Below, in pieces: positions 1 through 14,301 of a stretch of 64,000 nt of DNA. Made by a program: the position numbers and the translations under genes. The notes under the pieces are model-generated. The model made no database searches. It was not told the origin of the DNA and saw only the letters and a program-made list of their open reading frames with translations. The first letter of the stretch is position 1, and the number at the start of each line of letters is the position of its first letter. Origin of the DNA: Octopus vulgaris (lineage: Eukaryota); NCBI GenBank assembly GCA_951406725.2, contig OX597818.1, positions 14,508,001-14,572,000 on the forward strand, in the 5' to 3' direction.

Positions 1-720
1 ATTTGTGGATATTCTTTTCATTATATGTTGTGGTGATGGTCTATACTTTTATCGCAGATACGTTGCTTCTGTTGCCCCATTCAGAATGAATTTGTTGAAC
101 CAAGCCAAAGATATTGTTTTATTTATGTATATGGAATGCAGTTCAAAGAAGTATAAGAAATATTCGGCTTGTCTTTATGGTTATTCACCACTGTTGATTT
201 ATATGCCACCAGTATATCTATTTTCGGTATTCCTTTAGCCTTAGACTTCAGATTTTTCAATCTGATCCAATTTCGTGTGAGAATTATTTTTGCTGTGGAT
301 ATAATCGATTTCCTACCATATTTACGGCCATAGTTAACAAAAGCACGCACCAATATATTTTAATGGGAAAGTTGTGAGCAATATTAACAACTACCTTCTT
401 AAACTTACACCTGATATTCAATAATCCCTTACCACTTCTTTAAAGGGGTGCATAGTCATTGTGTGTCAGTATGGGATGTTCTTTTATTCGATTTCTCATT
501 TTACGATCTATATAATTTATGTTTATGTTTCATTCTCATATTACAGGAGATTCATGTTATAGATGATACTGAAAATGTGTTAATAGCACGTAGTTTTATT
601 CTTAGTGAGATAAGTCTTTTTTTTAATAATTTGACTGAATATTATTTTTCATTCTTGTTATTGCAACTTTCATATTCATGCACACTGTTTTAATCATTAA
701 TATTCAAGAATTTGTATATC
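1..720 (-). mobile_element. Possible highly degraded Penelope-like element (linker/GIY-YIG region)
   Basis: Minus-strand translation gives ILVAYKSTVV...LGSTNSF, loosely like the VVYQATI...YIGSTE GIY-YIG motif of the clearer copy at 13.3-15 kb. Many stops. Confidence 0.35.
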
Positions 721-1596
721 GCAGATTTTCTCATCACCTGTATGATATTCTCTCCAAGGATTTCTAAATCTGCCTAACTTTTCGAATTTTTATTTATTTA
801 TTTTTTACTTTCATTTCAGATTTTGAGGATTTTTTAAATTCCAGAGAACATTTTAATATCACGGTATCCATAAAAATTAGTTTTGTCCTCTTCTCTGGAT
901 ATAACAAGCATAAAAGGAAATGAAGGTAATATGTAGAGGAATTAACACTAATAACATTAACGAGACACACATACACACACACACACACACACTCACTACC
1001 ACTACGAAGAAATGTCAGCCCCAAGATAAGGCGAACAGGCGAAGGGAAATCAATCCCTACATCAGAAGAAACCAGAACTGAGAAGCCTATTCCCCTCGCA
1101 GATTTAAAGCTCACAGTACTGAGAACAACTATACTGAATTGATAGGTTTCCAAAGAAAACGAAATCATAAAGTTGCTGGTTCATGAACAAAAGGGTACAG
1201 ACCGCACCTGCAAACTATGTTGCAGTCTATTGGCAGTTGTATCCAAGTCTTAAGTAGGACTCAGCACAGACGAATACGAGTAGCTGGCGAGCAGACACAT
1301 GGTAATATCATTTAGCTCATAGGATCGTGTTGATTGAGTGACTGTAAATGTACATTTCTCGTTATTTTTATATCTTTTTTAATTACTGTACGTTTTTATA
1401 TAATTGTATGTTTTATTCTGTGTTTAATTCATTCAATTATTTTAATATCTCTTTATATAGTGAATTGTATTATATCTTTAAACTTTCCCTGGTTTTTATA
1501 AAATTTTGCCCATCCCAATTTATTTTACAACCTTGTGGATAACATTATTGTGTATGCATGAAAGATCCTTGGTAGCAGTTATAAAAAGGATTAAAC

Positions 1597-1980
1597 CGGC
1601 GAGCTGGCAGAATCGTTAGCACGCCGAGCAAAGTGCTTAGCGGCATTTCGTCAGTCTTTACTTTCTGAGTTGAAATTCCACCGATGTCGATTTTGTCTTT
1701 CATCTTTTCGCGATCGATAAAAAAAAGTATACCAGTTGTGCCAAAATTTGAAACTATTAGTGTTACTATTGTTAAGGCGGTGAGCTAGCAGAATCGTTAG
1801 CACGCTGGGGAAAATGCTTGGTGGTATTTCGTCCATCTTTATGATCTAAGTTCAAATTCCACCGAGATCGTGTTTGAGTTCCATAATTTTAGAGTCGATA
1901 ATATAAGTACTAGGAGGTCGATGCAATCGACTTAAACCCTTCAAGAAGTTACTGGCTTTGTGACCGAAGTTTGAAGCCAT
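1597..1980 (+). mobile_element. Two tandem tRNA-derived SINEs (family A, Meta-domain-like)
   Basis: Both start ggcg(gt)gagct(g/a)gcagaatcgttagcacgc (box A-like), followed by a gttcaaattcc-like box B and a ttt-gtctttcatc...cgataaa...gtacc core. Copies at ~1597-1750 and ~1775-1980. Confidence 0.8.
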
Positions 1981-2399
1981 TATTATTGCTGTTGCTGTTG
2001 TTACTTCTACTGTTATGATTATGATGGTTTGAAAACGACAGCTATGGCTCGCCTAGCTCTCCTAGATCGGTATTTTTAAAAAATTAATCTATGTGGAGGA
2101 ACGCTTTTATTGCGAATCTTCTAAATGGAGAAGTGGGAACTTTTCTCCGTTTTAGGGAAAACAGACTTTAATCTGTGAGGAAAAATACTTTTCTATCACT
2201 TGTAAGAAGAAATTGCTTTCGCACTTAAAAACATCCCCAAAATATTAGAACGTAAACACATATACTTTTGCAGACAGTAATACGAGGAGAATTCAATTCT
2301 CAGCAAAAAAACGTATATTTCACAAAAGTAAGCAAGTAATAAATATCTGGCAGCAATTATTGTTTTCAACAATATAAACTACAGAATTTCGATAATAAC

Positions 2400-3420
2400 A
2401 GCAGTAATAACATATGGACATTTTTTCCAAGAAAAGAAATGAATGAAGATTTCTAATTAAAAAACAAGGAAAATGTTCTAGCTTTTCTTCTCTAGCTGCA
2501 GCAACCTCAAACAGAGGTGCCCTCAATATGAATTATGTGGCGGAGAAAAATCTTACTGGGAGAGCTGTGTGACACGGGAATGCATCTTTACGTCAACACC
2601 TTATATCGTACTGAAAAATATGCAAACAACTTACTTCTGCATCTTAAAAACCATAGGAGATTTCTCGTGCTTCCGAAAGGCTTATACCAGGCAGTCCTAG
2701 CCGATGTGTGTAATAACACATCTTTCATATCTTCCTTCATTTCAGGCAGATATTATGGAAATATATGCATATCAAAAGAAGGACAAGGCGAAAATATGAC
2801 CTACTTGATGCGACCGACACCTGCCCAGAGGCTCTTACCACAATACTTGGAATGGCGCAACACAGGAGTTACAATAGAAGTTATTAGGGATAACACTGTC
2901 CCCTAATTCGTTGTCACTTTTGTAACAAAGCACTGATACGAGTTAAATGCAGACTTCACCAGAACCGACATATGTGATAAGTGAAGTCTATTTTGTTATA
3001 CAATTGTTGCTGAAAACTATGAAACCATTCTTGCTATAATAATAATAATACAACACTGACTTCAGCTTGAGGTACTGGCACTGCTTAGCCAAGCCGGATT
3101 TGATCGTATTCCCCAGCAAGAAAAATATAAAATAAAAAAGATGCTCATCTGTAAATGTATCGAGAAAAATAGAAGAGTCAAAAGCCTAACTTGAGCACAA
3201 GCTGAGAAATGCTGAGGGAGGTGCAGGAAATAGTGTGGCGTCTAAGAATAGGAAAAAAATTTCGAACAGTAGAAGTCCTCTGCCTACACGAGAAGTAATA
3301 AAAACAGCCATGGATATTTGCTCCTGTGAGAAATATGTCTTCATACTTTTCTCTTTACGAAAACGTCTGTGCAAGATGACTGTCAACATCTTATTTCAAA
3401 GACATCACTGTTATCAGTAA
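2400..3420 (+). mobile_element. Possible very degraded piggyBac-like transposase remnant
   Basis: LLGELCDTGMHLYVNTLYRTEKYANNLLLHLK resembles the piggyBac G-H-x-L-Y-x-D-N-x-Y-T region, and there is a Cys-containing tail near 3300. No TTAA-flanked TIRs were seen. Confidence 0.3.
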
Positions 3421-5010
3421 TCAAGTGTTTCACTATATCTGTAAGAATTAGAATTCAAATGTGAAGTGTAATCTGGAAGTTGGTTATAAAATCTGAAAAG
3501 TGTCTGTAAAAAAAGAACGTTAATCTACAAATCCATACAACAGATAATTATCTAATAACAAAGAAAATTCATGAAAGTAAGTGAAATTTTCAAGTAAACA
3601 CTCACGAAACTTTTTAAGACAGAACCATAACTAAGCCAACGAACACAAAGAAATCATATGTAGTCAGATTAAATCTAACTCGGTAGATATTTTAATTGTT
3701 GCTGTTTTGTTGTTGTTTTTTTCAAGTACAAGCAGATATTGAACTACAATGCTTATAATTTTATTCATATGTTCAGGTAACTTCATGTCAGATTTTATAC
3801 TCAACCCCTAACACCAACATATTTTGCAAAGAAATTTTCAAAACAAAACATGTTTCTCTATTAGATATACCGTGTGCACCATTGCTTGTGTCCAAAACTA
3901 TTTTTGAAAATTCAGTCTACTGATTAGATAATTCGTTTACTACTACCTTACATATTTCTAGCCTTGTGAATATCAGTAACAATAATATAGTACGCAATAG
4001 GAAAACATGAAATTCCTAATCACACATTCCGGTATTATGTTTTCTTGTACCATAGGTTTCAACTACTGACAAAGTAATCAGATTCCTATAAAGAACAGAT
4101 ATTTGGATTGATTGCATTAATCATGTTTTCCTCAAAACATCCATCGAGACACTCTTATTATTGTTTGTAGTTATAATAACATTGTAATTGATATGTTGGT
4201 TTTCTTTTTTTCCCCTTTCTATGCTGCTGCTTTTCTTCTATTTTTCTTTTAATGTTCAGAAGTATTCATATATCTAGAACTATATTGGACCCTTCTTTAG
4301 TTAAACTGTTTTTGAAAGACATTTGTTATCAAGTCGAGCAGCCAACTAAAGGCATCCACGCAACCTTTATTGTTCTTACAGCTTTTATTGTTTGAATGGG
4401 CATGGCTGTTTATGCTATATCATTCGCAAAACATTTATTCATAACCTCCAGGTAATTATCTAATGTCTCTCGAACATATCGTTTTATTTTCATTTTTTAA
4501 TGCTCCACAAAGATATTAAGAAGTTTGAGTGTGCCGTCAAGTATATAATGTTTATATACTTTATTACGTTCATAAAATATGTAATGTTTACATTATATAA
4601 AATGATTGTACACTAACGTGCACAATGTCTATTGAACTAAATCAATATAAACAGTGAACCAAATACCATTTCCTTTGAGTTTAGTTTTCGACGAAATCGA
4701 GCAGAAATAAATAAATATCATGAAATCTCTTAGAAAATTCAGCAAAACTTAAAGAATCTTTCATAGACTTTATCACATTTAAATCAAATAACTTGAATTT
4801 TCGAAACTAAAAATATATATTATAAATATCTACTTAGATTCATATTAGATATTTAATTATTCGTATGTGATGTCAGTAGCTATACACACTCATGTACAAA
4901 ATGTAACAAGCTCGCTGACTTACAGGCGTACAATATACGTGGGCGCACACACAGAGACGCATTCATATATATCTGTGTATATGAATTTATTTATATTTAC
5001 ACGTATATCA

Positions 5011-5738
5011 GTATAGAGATAATGATGCAAATAAAGAAATAAACACGCTTGGGCTTGATATATAAAATCTACATACGTATATACATGTAAATAAATATAT
5101 AGGGATATAGAGAGAGATACACAAGAGCTAGAAATATTCAAAATGAATATGCATATAGATATTTTTTATATTTGCAAAACAGATTTACATGGAATACAAG
5201 AAAAATAAAGGGAATCAGCATGGTATGTCTGCTACTAGGGAATCAGAATTACGAAATAGTTGTAATGTCGGTAGTAGGAGCCTGCAAAATATCGAAGATA
5301 TGCAGCCTGTAGTGGGGGCATATAAACATTACCCTAAATCCAGTCGCCGTCTTCAGAGTGTAGAGATCGGCATGGGAGATTGGTGGAGAGGTGTCCATTG
5401 TTGGTCGCACACTCTTGACCGTTTTGCACACTCCATCTGCCAAATTACAACTATTACGTAATTCTGAGTCCCAAATCAGCTGTCGAACCTGAAATACCAA
5501 GCCCTCTCCCCTGATATTTTCGGTATTTCTTGTACTCCATTTATATCTATTCTGTAATTATATAAATATCTATATGCTAATACATGAATGCTAATCTTCC
5601 AGATATTTTTCAGTTTTTGTTTCTCTCTGTCTCTCTTTCTCACTCTTTCACTTTCGTCCTATATATTTACATGTATTTACCTATGTATATTTTATATATC
5701 AATCCCAAGCGTGTTTATTTGCATCATTATCACTATAT
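5011..5738. mobile_element. Degenerate foldback/MITE-like long inverted repeat
   Basis: Left arm gataatgatgcaaataaa...aaacacgcttggg...cagaattacgaaatagttgtaat is the reverse complement of right arm attacaactattacgtaattctga...cccaagcgtgtttatttgcatcattatc. The peptide SELRNSCN appears on both strands in the ORF track. Confidence 0.75.
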
Positions 5739-5939
5739 CAGCTCACATACATTTCTCTTATAGCCACTTTTACCCTGCGGACTTAGCCTTCGATAAAAAT
5801 TTTGGAATGCAAGTTCAAATCATATACATGTTTTCTATATTGAGCATCTCTGGATCGTACAAGTGGGCTCTGAATCATATATAAGTGCGCGCGCATACAC
5901 ACACAAATATACATATATATATATATACATATAACTCAC

Positions 5940-6720
5940 ATCATAACCAGTTGTCCGAAATTGTCATCACGATATTATCTACCGATGAGATATGACGTTG
6001 TAGCTAGGACACTATAATGCAATCCATCGGAAGGATAACCCCGAGGACAAAGAAATAAGAGCCCACCGTATGGTATAAGCCATAGCCACTCATAATTAAA
6101 AAGGAATACTGGTGGAATGATGTAGTGAAGAACTCAATAAAATGTAAGCACAACAGATCTGATATAATGATTTGGGATAGAGAAGAGAAACTGTGTACAG
6201 TTGTGGAAATTAGCTGCCCAGTGGATGTTAACATAAAGTTGGAGATCAGTGAAAAAGAGAATATCTACGATGAACTTTTACTAAATCTGCATTTACTCTA
6301 TCCAGAGTACAACTTTAGGTCTATACTTGTAATTATTTGGGACCTGAGATATGTAAAACACTGCCTAAATACCAATCTTGAGAATTAGGCTTCTCAACTC
6401 CAGAAAGGAGAAAGCTGATTCACAAACCACATAAAAATCTGTAAAACTTAACAGAAATTTATCATTTGAATATATATGAGTATTCTAGATAGGCACCTAT
6501 ATGCATGAAAATACATACATAAAACAAGACATACAAATCTGCACATAAGCATACACACAAACAAACAAAAATACTCTGTTGTTGATTTTGAAATTCAATT
6601 CCAGTGAAGGAGCCTTGGATTTATGTAAGAAACAAGTTCTGTATATATTAGCAAGACATCTTGAAATTAAACTGAATAATTAGATGCATATATACATACA
6701 TACATACATACATACATACA
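5940..6720 (+). mobile_element. 3' fragment of an RLE-type (R4/Dong-like) non-LTR retrotransposon
   Basis: HNRSDIMIWDREEKLCTVVEISCPVDVN...EKENIY is a degenerate RPD..(D/E)..K..KY restriction-like endonuclease motif, followed by a UTR and (TACA)n. Confidence 0.75.
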
Positions 6721-6884
6721 TTTCAAAGAAGTCACAGCTGACAAAATGTAACAGCAAGACATTTGACTTAAGTTTCAATCTTTAACTTTCTTGTCTCTCT
6801 GTTAAGTATCTCTGAACATGGAAAACAGTCTTCAGATAATGTCAACAAACCGAAAACATTGAAAAGTAAATTAATATACATTAT

Positions 6885-7345
6885 TTAAAATGAACAAATA
6901 GCTGTCCTCACCTTATTTGTTGTTATCATGACTTTTCGGCTCAAGGCCTTCATCAGGTGATCTGGTGGAATTTTGAACGCAACTCTTTCTTTGATAATGG
7001 GGTTTACTGTTCTGATATTTTTCAGATATTATTTGTCAATCCGAGGCTTAATATCCCGCGTTCTTATCCACTGTGGTATACGCCCGTGGGCAATTATAAA
7101 GTGAATTTTGGGGCTTATAAACCTAGTATTTTATATTTTATCAAGTAAAATAAATTCAAAACTGGATCCCATATTACATTCATATCTGCATTCATAATTG
7201 CATTAGGAATGAGAACAGTGTACCCCATTAGTCAAATAAAGGGTTGGGTTCGAAATTCCACCAGAACACCTGATGAAAGCTGAAACATTGTGATAACAAC
7301 AAACAAGGAGAGGACACCTATCAGTCCATTGTAAATAATGTACAT
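6885..7345. mobile_element. Inverted pair of Penelope-type terminal repeats with degenerate minimal hammerhead motifs
   Basis: 6898-6985 is the reverse complement of ~7240-7321. Minus strand 6934-6956 reads CTGATGA-aGGCcttgaGCC-GAAA; plus strand ~7270-7286 reads CTGATGAaagctGAAAC. Confidence 0.65.
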
Positions 7346-8347
7346 AGTTCCTCACATCAAAAATATATAATAGTAGTAACTTAATATATCGTTAATGATA
7401 TAGAAAAATAAACGAAAATGGTAGAAAGAATAAGATGCATAGAATATAAACAGCGAGCGAGGGAGGAAACGAAATTATAAAAATATACAGAACATAAATA
7501 CAAACCAATAAATATCAAATAAACGATGATGAACAAGTAAAATAAATTCAAAACTGTGTCTGAGTCAGAAACTAAACGTAAACTGTTTACATTTTCAACT
7601 GCTCAAGTCTCGAATTTTTCAGGACATTTCATACATAAGTTTCTGCAAAAATATATGAATTTTATTGGAGTTTTTATATAAATTTATGTTTAACTATATT
7701 ATTTATTTGGTTTCGAATGTTATGTTTTTATTGCATGACTTATACGTATGTAATGAGTCAAAATATTGTCTCGTATATTATTTTCTTGAAGAAAGTAACC
7801 AATTCATTTAAAATCTATATAAGATGCACGTAAAGGTACTTAAAAAAACAAGGATAGCAAACTTATATTTTGTTTCATAAGTCACGAATTATTCATCCCA
7901 ACAGAGAAATCAGAACAACATCAATCTACAATATATAAATTGAATTGATTTTAATATATAAATACGGTTAAACTAACATTTTTTACACTATCAAAATATT
8001 CAAAACATTGCATTCCCTGTAATGTAAAGATTTTCAGATGGTATTAGTATTTATTCAAATGTTGTGTTAAATAGCACTGTATTATTACAAACTATCTAGA
8101 CACCAGTTTTCGCTTTCATATCATAGAATTTTTAAAACACTTAAAAGAAACCACTTCAGATAACTGCGGACAGACACTACTCATACGAGCATAGTGATAA
8201 TCACACATAGAATCTAGAGTATGTTACGCAAAAGGTCCAGCAAAGTACTTTGAAATTATCATAATTAGAATTAGAATAGAAGTAACGTTTTATAATCGTA
8301 ATCCTTATAAAAGCATTAAAAGGTTTAATATTAAATTACTGTTTAAG

Positions 8348-8544
8348 TATATATATATGTGTGTGTGTGTGTGTATGTGTGTTGGTGTGTGTGTGTCTAT
8401 TTATATATATATATATATATCTATGTATATATATATATATATGTGTGTATATATATATGTATATATATATATGTATACATATATATGTATATATATATAT
8501 ATGTATATATGTATATATGTATATATACATGTATATATGTATAT

Positions 8545-8582
<38 letters not shown>

Positions 8583-8714
8583 ATATGTATATATGTATAT
8601 ATATGTATATATATGTATACATGTATATATGTATATATACATGTATATATATATATATACATATATAGATGTATATGTATATATACATGTATATATATAT
8701 ATATACATATATAG
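8348..8714. repeat. (TG)n/(TA)n compound microsatellite
   Basis: Directly visible; it produces the spurious YIYI/CVCV ORFs. Confidence 0.98.
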
Positions 8715-10234
8715 ATGATAGATTTCCCGCCAGTCTCCTGAAGGAATGTAGATATCAACTTGCAGTCCCTCTGACCAACCTCTGGAGAAACTCATTAGAC
8801 GCAGGTTATATACCGAATAAGTTTCTATCCCAGTCGGTCATCCCGGTTTTCAAACAGGGAAACAGATCCCTCGCGGTCAACTATCGCCCAATCTCACTCA
8901 CCTCCCACATCATTAAAGTGTTTGAAAGAGTGTTAAGATCAAGGATAGCTGACTTCCTGGAGACCCACAAACTCCTAAATTCAAATCAACATGGCTTTCG
9001 CTGTGGCAGGGACTGTCTAACACAGCTCTTACACCACATTGAAGATGTACTCAAAGCCTTGGGAACAGGTTCGAACTCTGACGTCATATACCTTGACTTC
9101 AGTAAAGCGTTCGACAGGGTAGACCATAACATCCTACTCTCAAAATTGGCAAATGTTGGAATCCGTGGAAAAGTTCTACACTGGATTCAGTATTTCCTAG
9201 CGAATAGAACACAACATGTTGTAGTTGATGGAGTCCACTCAAACCCAGCAAAAGTCACCAGCGGTGTTCCCCAGGGAACTGTTTTGGGTCCGCTACTCTT
9301 CATAATTTATGTAAACGACCTTTCCAGTGTCGTACATCACTGCAAAGTGAAAATATTCGCTGATGACACTAAGCTCCAGCAAATCGTCAATGAAGAAGCA
9401 GACCGAACTCAACTCCAGTCTGACCTATATGCTGTGAGTCAATGGGCAGACAGAAACAAAATGCAACTGAATGAGGGAAAATTTGAGCTGATGCATTTTG
9501 GAAGAAATTCCTCACTAAAACAACCATACTCTCTTCCTTCAGGGGAACCGCTCACAGCCTCTAACAATATCAGAGACCTGGGTGTAATTGTTGATGACGA
9601 TCTCAGTTGGAGTGCACACATCAACAAGAAGGTCGATATAGCTCGTCGGATGAGTTCCTGGATCTTAAGAACTTTCCGGTCCAGAGAACAAGGTGTCATC
9701 ATACCACTTTTTTCATCCTTTGTACGGCCACACCTTGAATACTGCTGCCCACTGTGGTCTCCTCACACAAGACAAAACATCTCCAGAATTGAGTCACCCC
9801 AGAGGGCTCTCACTAAACAAATTGAAGGCATGGCTGCTCTCGACTATTGGGATCGCCTTAAAGCCTTGAAACTTTACTCCCTCCAGCGTCGCCGTGAGCG
9901 GTACATCATTTGTACGATGTGGAAAATATACCGCCAACTTTGCCCAAACGACCTAAACATTAGCTTCAAGGTTCATCCGAGACTTGGACCACGGGCTATA
10001 CGTCCCCTGCCAAATTCAAGATCACAACATACATGTACACTGCAACATAATTTCTTTTCCTCAACAGGCCCTGCCCTATTTAACATTGTCCCGAGGGAGA
10101 TCAAAGAGGAAAAGGATCCCATCAACTTCAAACAGAGTCTGGATGGATTCCTTCAAAGAATACCAGACAAGCCACCCATAATTGGATACAACTCACCCAA
10201 CAAGAACTCACTACTTGAACAAAACTTGACTTAA
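8714..10234 (+). CDS. LINE ORF2 reverse transcriptase domain and C-terminus (N-terminally truncated, no endonuclease)
   Basis: About 506 uninterrupted codons containing [73 protein letters not shown] and [10 protein letters not shown]. The ORF-track start at 8669 lies in the microsatellite. Confidence 0.93.
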   Translation, partial: DDRFPASLLKECRYQLAVPLTNLWRNSLDAGYIPNKFLSQSVIPVFKQGNRSLAVNYRPISLTSHIIKVFERVLRSRIADFLETHKLLNSNQHGFRCGRDCLTQLLHHIEDVLKALGTGSNSDVIYLDFSKAFDRVDHNILLSKLANVGIRGKVLHWIQYFLANRTQHVVVDGVHSNPAKVTSGVPQGTVLGPLLFIIYVNDLSSVVHHCKVKIFADDTKLQQIVNEEADRTQLQSDLYAVSQWADRNKMQLNEGKFELMHFGRNSSLKQPYSLPSGEPLTASNNIRDLGVIVDDDLSWSAHINKKVDIARRMSSWILRTFRSREQGVIIPLFSSFVRPHLEYCCPLWSPHTRQNISRIESPQRALTKQIEGMAALDYWDRLKALKLYSLQRRRERYIICTMWKIYRQLCPNDLNISFKVHPRLGPRAIRPLPNSRSQHTCTLQHNFFSSTGPALFNIVPREIKEEKDPINFKQSLDGFLQRIPDKPPIIGYNSPNKNSLLEQNLT

Positions 10235-10330
10235 ACAGGATTCGAATAATCCTATCAGGTGGTGCTATTAAGTTAGACATGGCCTGGACCAATCTCTGGT
10301 CGAAACATATCTAAGTTTTATCTAAGTTTT
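8714..10330 (+). mobile_element. 5'-truncated CR1/L2-group (Jockey-group) LINE inserted in (TA)n
   Basis: Sharp composition shift at both ends. The RT ORF is followed by a ~95 bp 3' UTR with a gacca-atctc-tggtc hairpin and an (atctaagtttt)2 tail. TA-rich microsatellite lies on both sides. Confidence 0.93.
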
Positions 10331-10753
<423 letters not shown>

Positions 10754-10757
<4 letters not shown>

Positions 10758-11591
10758 CTATGGCCAGAATGGATGACTCATTGATTTATAAACAAGAATT
10801 CATTCCAGGAATGTTATTTTTAATCACTAGTCGATCGTTCAAATCAGTTTTCTTATCACTCGGTGATATCGTGTTTTCTGCGTGATTACTGAGCCCTGAT
10901 TAGTTGATGTGCTCTGATTGACTGATCGAATCTCTGATAAGTTGTCATTAAATTATATTATGACAGCTCGATCTTGTTGATCATCCTCGTATCATTGTAA
11001 AAATGCCAGGTCGAAGAATTACTTCGGAAAGTCATGCTCAAATAAAAGTTCTCTAACAAGAAGGATACAGCACTCGACAAATTGGTGTAAGATTGAAATT
11101 GTCACAGAGAACTGTTTCAAAGTCAATAAACAACTCGAAATATACTGGGTAATATACAGTTGGAAAACCTATGGGTCTCCCAGGAACTTCCACCATGCGA
11201 ATGGATGATGCTATCATTCTAGCCGCCAAATAGTCACCCAGAAAATCTTCCAAAGCTATTCAAGCTAGTCTGCCACAAGAAAACTAGGTTCCCTTTGAAA
11301 GAACAATTCATAAAAGTTTATTTGTTGTTGGCCTGAAGTCCTACAAGTCTTCGAGGAAACCAAGGTTAACCATGAAAAATATTTTTGCCGAAAATATAAA
11401 AATTAGTCAGTCGAACAATGGAAATGAGTTATGTTTTCGGTTATGAAACGCAGGTGTCACAATTTTATGCATTTAGCAGACATGTGAGACGACCTCCTAA
11501 GCGAAGTGATAATCCTCGCTACATTACCCCGAGTGTTAAAAATGCTCTAATAGTTATGGTGTGGAGAGCCATTTGTGCTGATGGAAGATGC

Positions 11592-11592
<1 letters not shown>
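10754..11592 (+). mobile_element. Degraded Tc1-like transposon, 5' part
   Basis: Fragmented translation gives TSTMRMDDAIILAAK, RKPRL, HVRRPPK...NPRYITPSVKNALIVMVWRAICADG (Tc1 MVWG region). Truncated by a (TA)n/(ATATT)n repeat. Confidence 0.7.
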
Positions 11593-11634
<42 letters not shown>

Positions 11635-11703
11635 TATATTATATTATATTATATTATATTATATTATATTATATTATATTATATTATGTTATATTATATT
11701 TAT
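11593..11703. repeat. (TA)n followed by (ATATT)n
   Basis: Directly visible. Confidence 0.95.
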
Positions 11704-13279
11704 CCGGATGAAAATTTTCTTCCTCTGCTAAGGGAATTATTTCCTAGTATTCCAATGTCTTTCTATCATACCTTATTTACAAATTTCTTATCATATCCGT
11801 ATGAATATATGTATGCAAATCATCCTTATAAGAGTTAATTCATTAAACGGTGTTGAATGAATGTCATCATGTATAATGAACTAGATTTTGTTGTTAATGC
11901 TGGATTATTCATTTATTCAAAAAGACCATGATATCATCAAAGAAATACTGCATATCATTATCATATACTGTCTTTTTGTATTCATCAGTGGATTACAATT
12001 AAAGTAATCAGACGTTTATAATTATTACCTCAAGTCTTTTCTTTGTTATCATTATATTAATATTTATTTCATTACACTCACAAAATGGAGTTCAAAACTA
12101 AAACTTAAATCTTAACGTCCATATTTTTAATTTGTCTGATTGTTTACTCTTACTTCCTTCCTATCATATCCAAATTAATATCTCCCTCATTTACCCTTAA
12201 CTTACTGGTCAAAAAAGGCATGCTTATGAACATCTGGAAACACCAAATAAGGAGCTACATATTATTACAAAGTCACATTCAAATTTTCTGTCATCTATCA
12301 TATCACATGTACATTTTTAACACAATGTTTTTATTTACAAATAACACAATAAGGTTTAACTTTAGTTTTCTCAGTCTTTTACATGTAATAAATGGTTCAC
12401 AATACTATTATTAAATTATAATGATTATCTTAAATTTTGTAGCTTAGTATATTTATTTTAAAATATGAACAATATAGTTACAATACTTATGTGAATATAT
12501 ATTAATATAGCTTTATTGATTATAAGCGTATTTTTATGCAAGTCCATATTACTTTCGAAATTGACACAAAACAAACTTACGTATTTAGGTTTTCGTTATT
12601 CTACATACTTGAATAAAATAAAGTTAAATTAAGTATTTCATCTATACATTTTAGTGACATTAATACGACAGGATTATTCTTATGTATTTGTATTTTAAAA
12701 TAATGTCAGAGTTTATAATCCGTTATATTCCATTCTCATATTCAATATAGGGGAGATAACATTTAGTATCTATATTCTTATATGCAATACAACATAAGTA
12801 ATAAATGTATAACATCAACGTAATGTAAATTGATATACTATATATCCCAAATATCATAATAAAAGTAGAGAGGATTACTTTATTCAATATATATTCTCAA
12901 TTTAAATGATTTTGATCCTATAATTTCCTCATACCTTCATTTTACTTCTACATAAATAATTGGATATATTTAATAACTTCTAAAAATTAGAATTCATATA
13001 CTTATAATGTAGTCAAAATATGTGTGTGTATGTTTGATATTACATTTTTTATATGAAAATGCAATTTTTTTTACTTCTTTATATGTTTGCACCCAAAACT
13101 TTTTTATACAAATATAAAAAATTACATATATATATATATAAAATATACACATATAAACACAGCAATATGTTCACATCCACACAAACATATATTCACCCAG
13201 ATCCATATATGCTCATATGTGTATCTGGTTGTATACTTATTACATATAGGCATTTCATACATAAACGTATACATATACT

Positions 13280-14255
13280 GTCAGTTGCCATATTTTCTTG
13301 ATAATCCTGTACTATTCGTTTTATTTTGGTCCCTAAATGTCGATTCATGATCCGCTATTCTGAATTTAACCCAGTGCTCTGTGGACCCAATATAGAAACA
13401 GTTACTCGTATCTTGTATAATTATTGTCGCCTGGTATACGACGCCTTTTCTTCTGCAATCCTTGTGTAACTTACATCTGTCAGGGTCTCAACAATTAGTT
13501 TCTATTTTGCAAGGAATTTGTAATATCATTCTCTTTTGTAGATTCATATTTCCTTATATCTCTCGAGATGTTTTTATAGTTAACCATATTATTCTTACTC
13601 TTTTCTAAACTTTTGTGTAAGTTTTGCTCTCCATTTCTGTTGTTTTTTTTTAATAGATTTTATCAAATTTTTCTGTTATTTATCGATGATATTAAGCTAA
13701 CTAGGTTTGGAGAAACAGAGAATCCAAATCTTATGTATTTGCTATTAAATTGTTTTCCAAATATAATGTTTTTAAAGTTTTTACTTATAATCTGCCTAAT
13801 AGATTTAACAAAATTGGTCGTTAATTGTTAGCGAAGGGAATTATAATCCATATAGATTTATCTGAGTTCTCCTTATTCCTATATTCATTTTTCGTCCCAA
13901 TATAGTTTTTATTCACACATGGTATAAGTTTCTTCCTAACTATTTTTAATTATTACTTGTACTCTCTCCTCGTTTTTATTTTTCTATTTACTTATCTTCT
14001 TCTTGCTATTCTTGTTCTTTATTACAAGATTTTAGTAATTATTATTTATCCAAGTATTATTTTCCAGTTTCCTATCGCCTATATTATCATTATTATTATT
14101 ACTTTTCCTATTTTTATTTGTAATACCATTCGCTCCATAAATTTGTTTAATCCTATTTTTACAATTATCTTCTTTAACATATATTATTATTATTTGTAAT
14201 AGCATTAGCCCCATCAATTTGTTTAATTCTATTTTTACAATTATCTTGTTTAACA

Positions 14256-14301
<46 letters not shown>

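Noticed and set aside
1555-1600. Possible decayed hammerhead (atcctt...aaggat stem); a similar hint at ~32285-32346
   Set aside because: Both conserved core boxes are mutated, so it cannot be distinguished from chance.
8336-8795. Long YIYI/CVCV ORFs here and at 10.3, 22, 33.1, 49, 50.5 and 62-63.9 kb
   Set aside because: They are stop-free translations of dinucleotide microsatellites.
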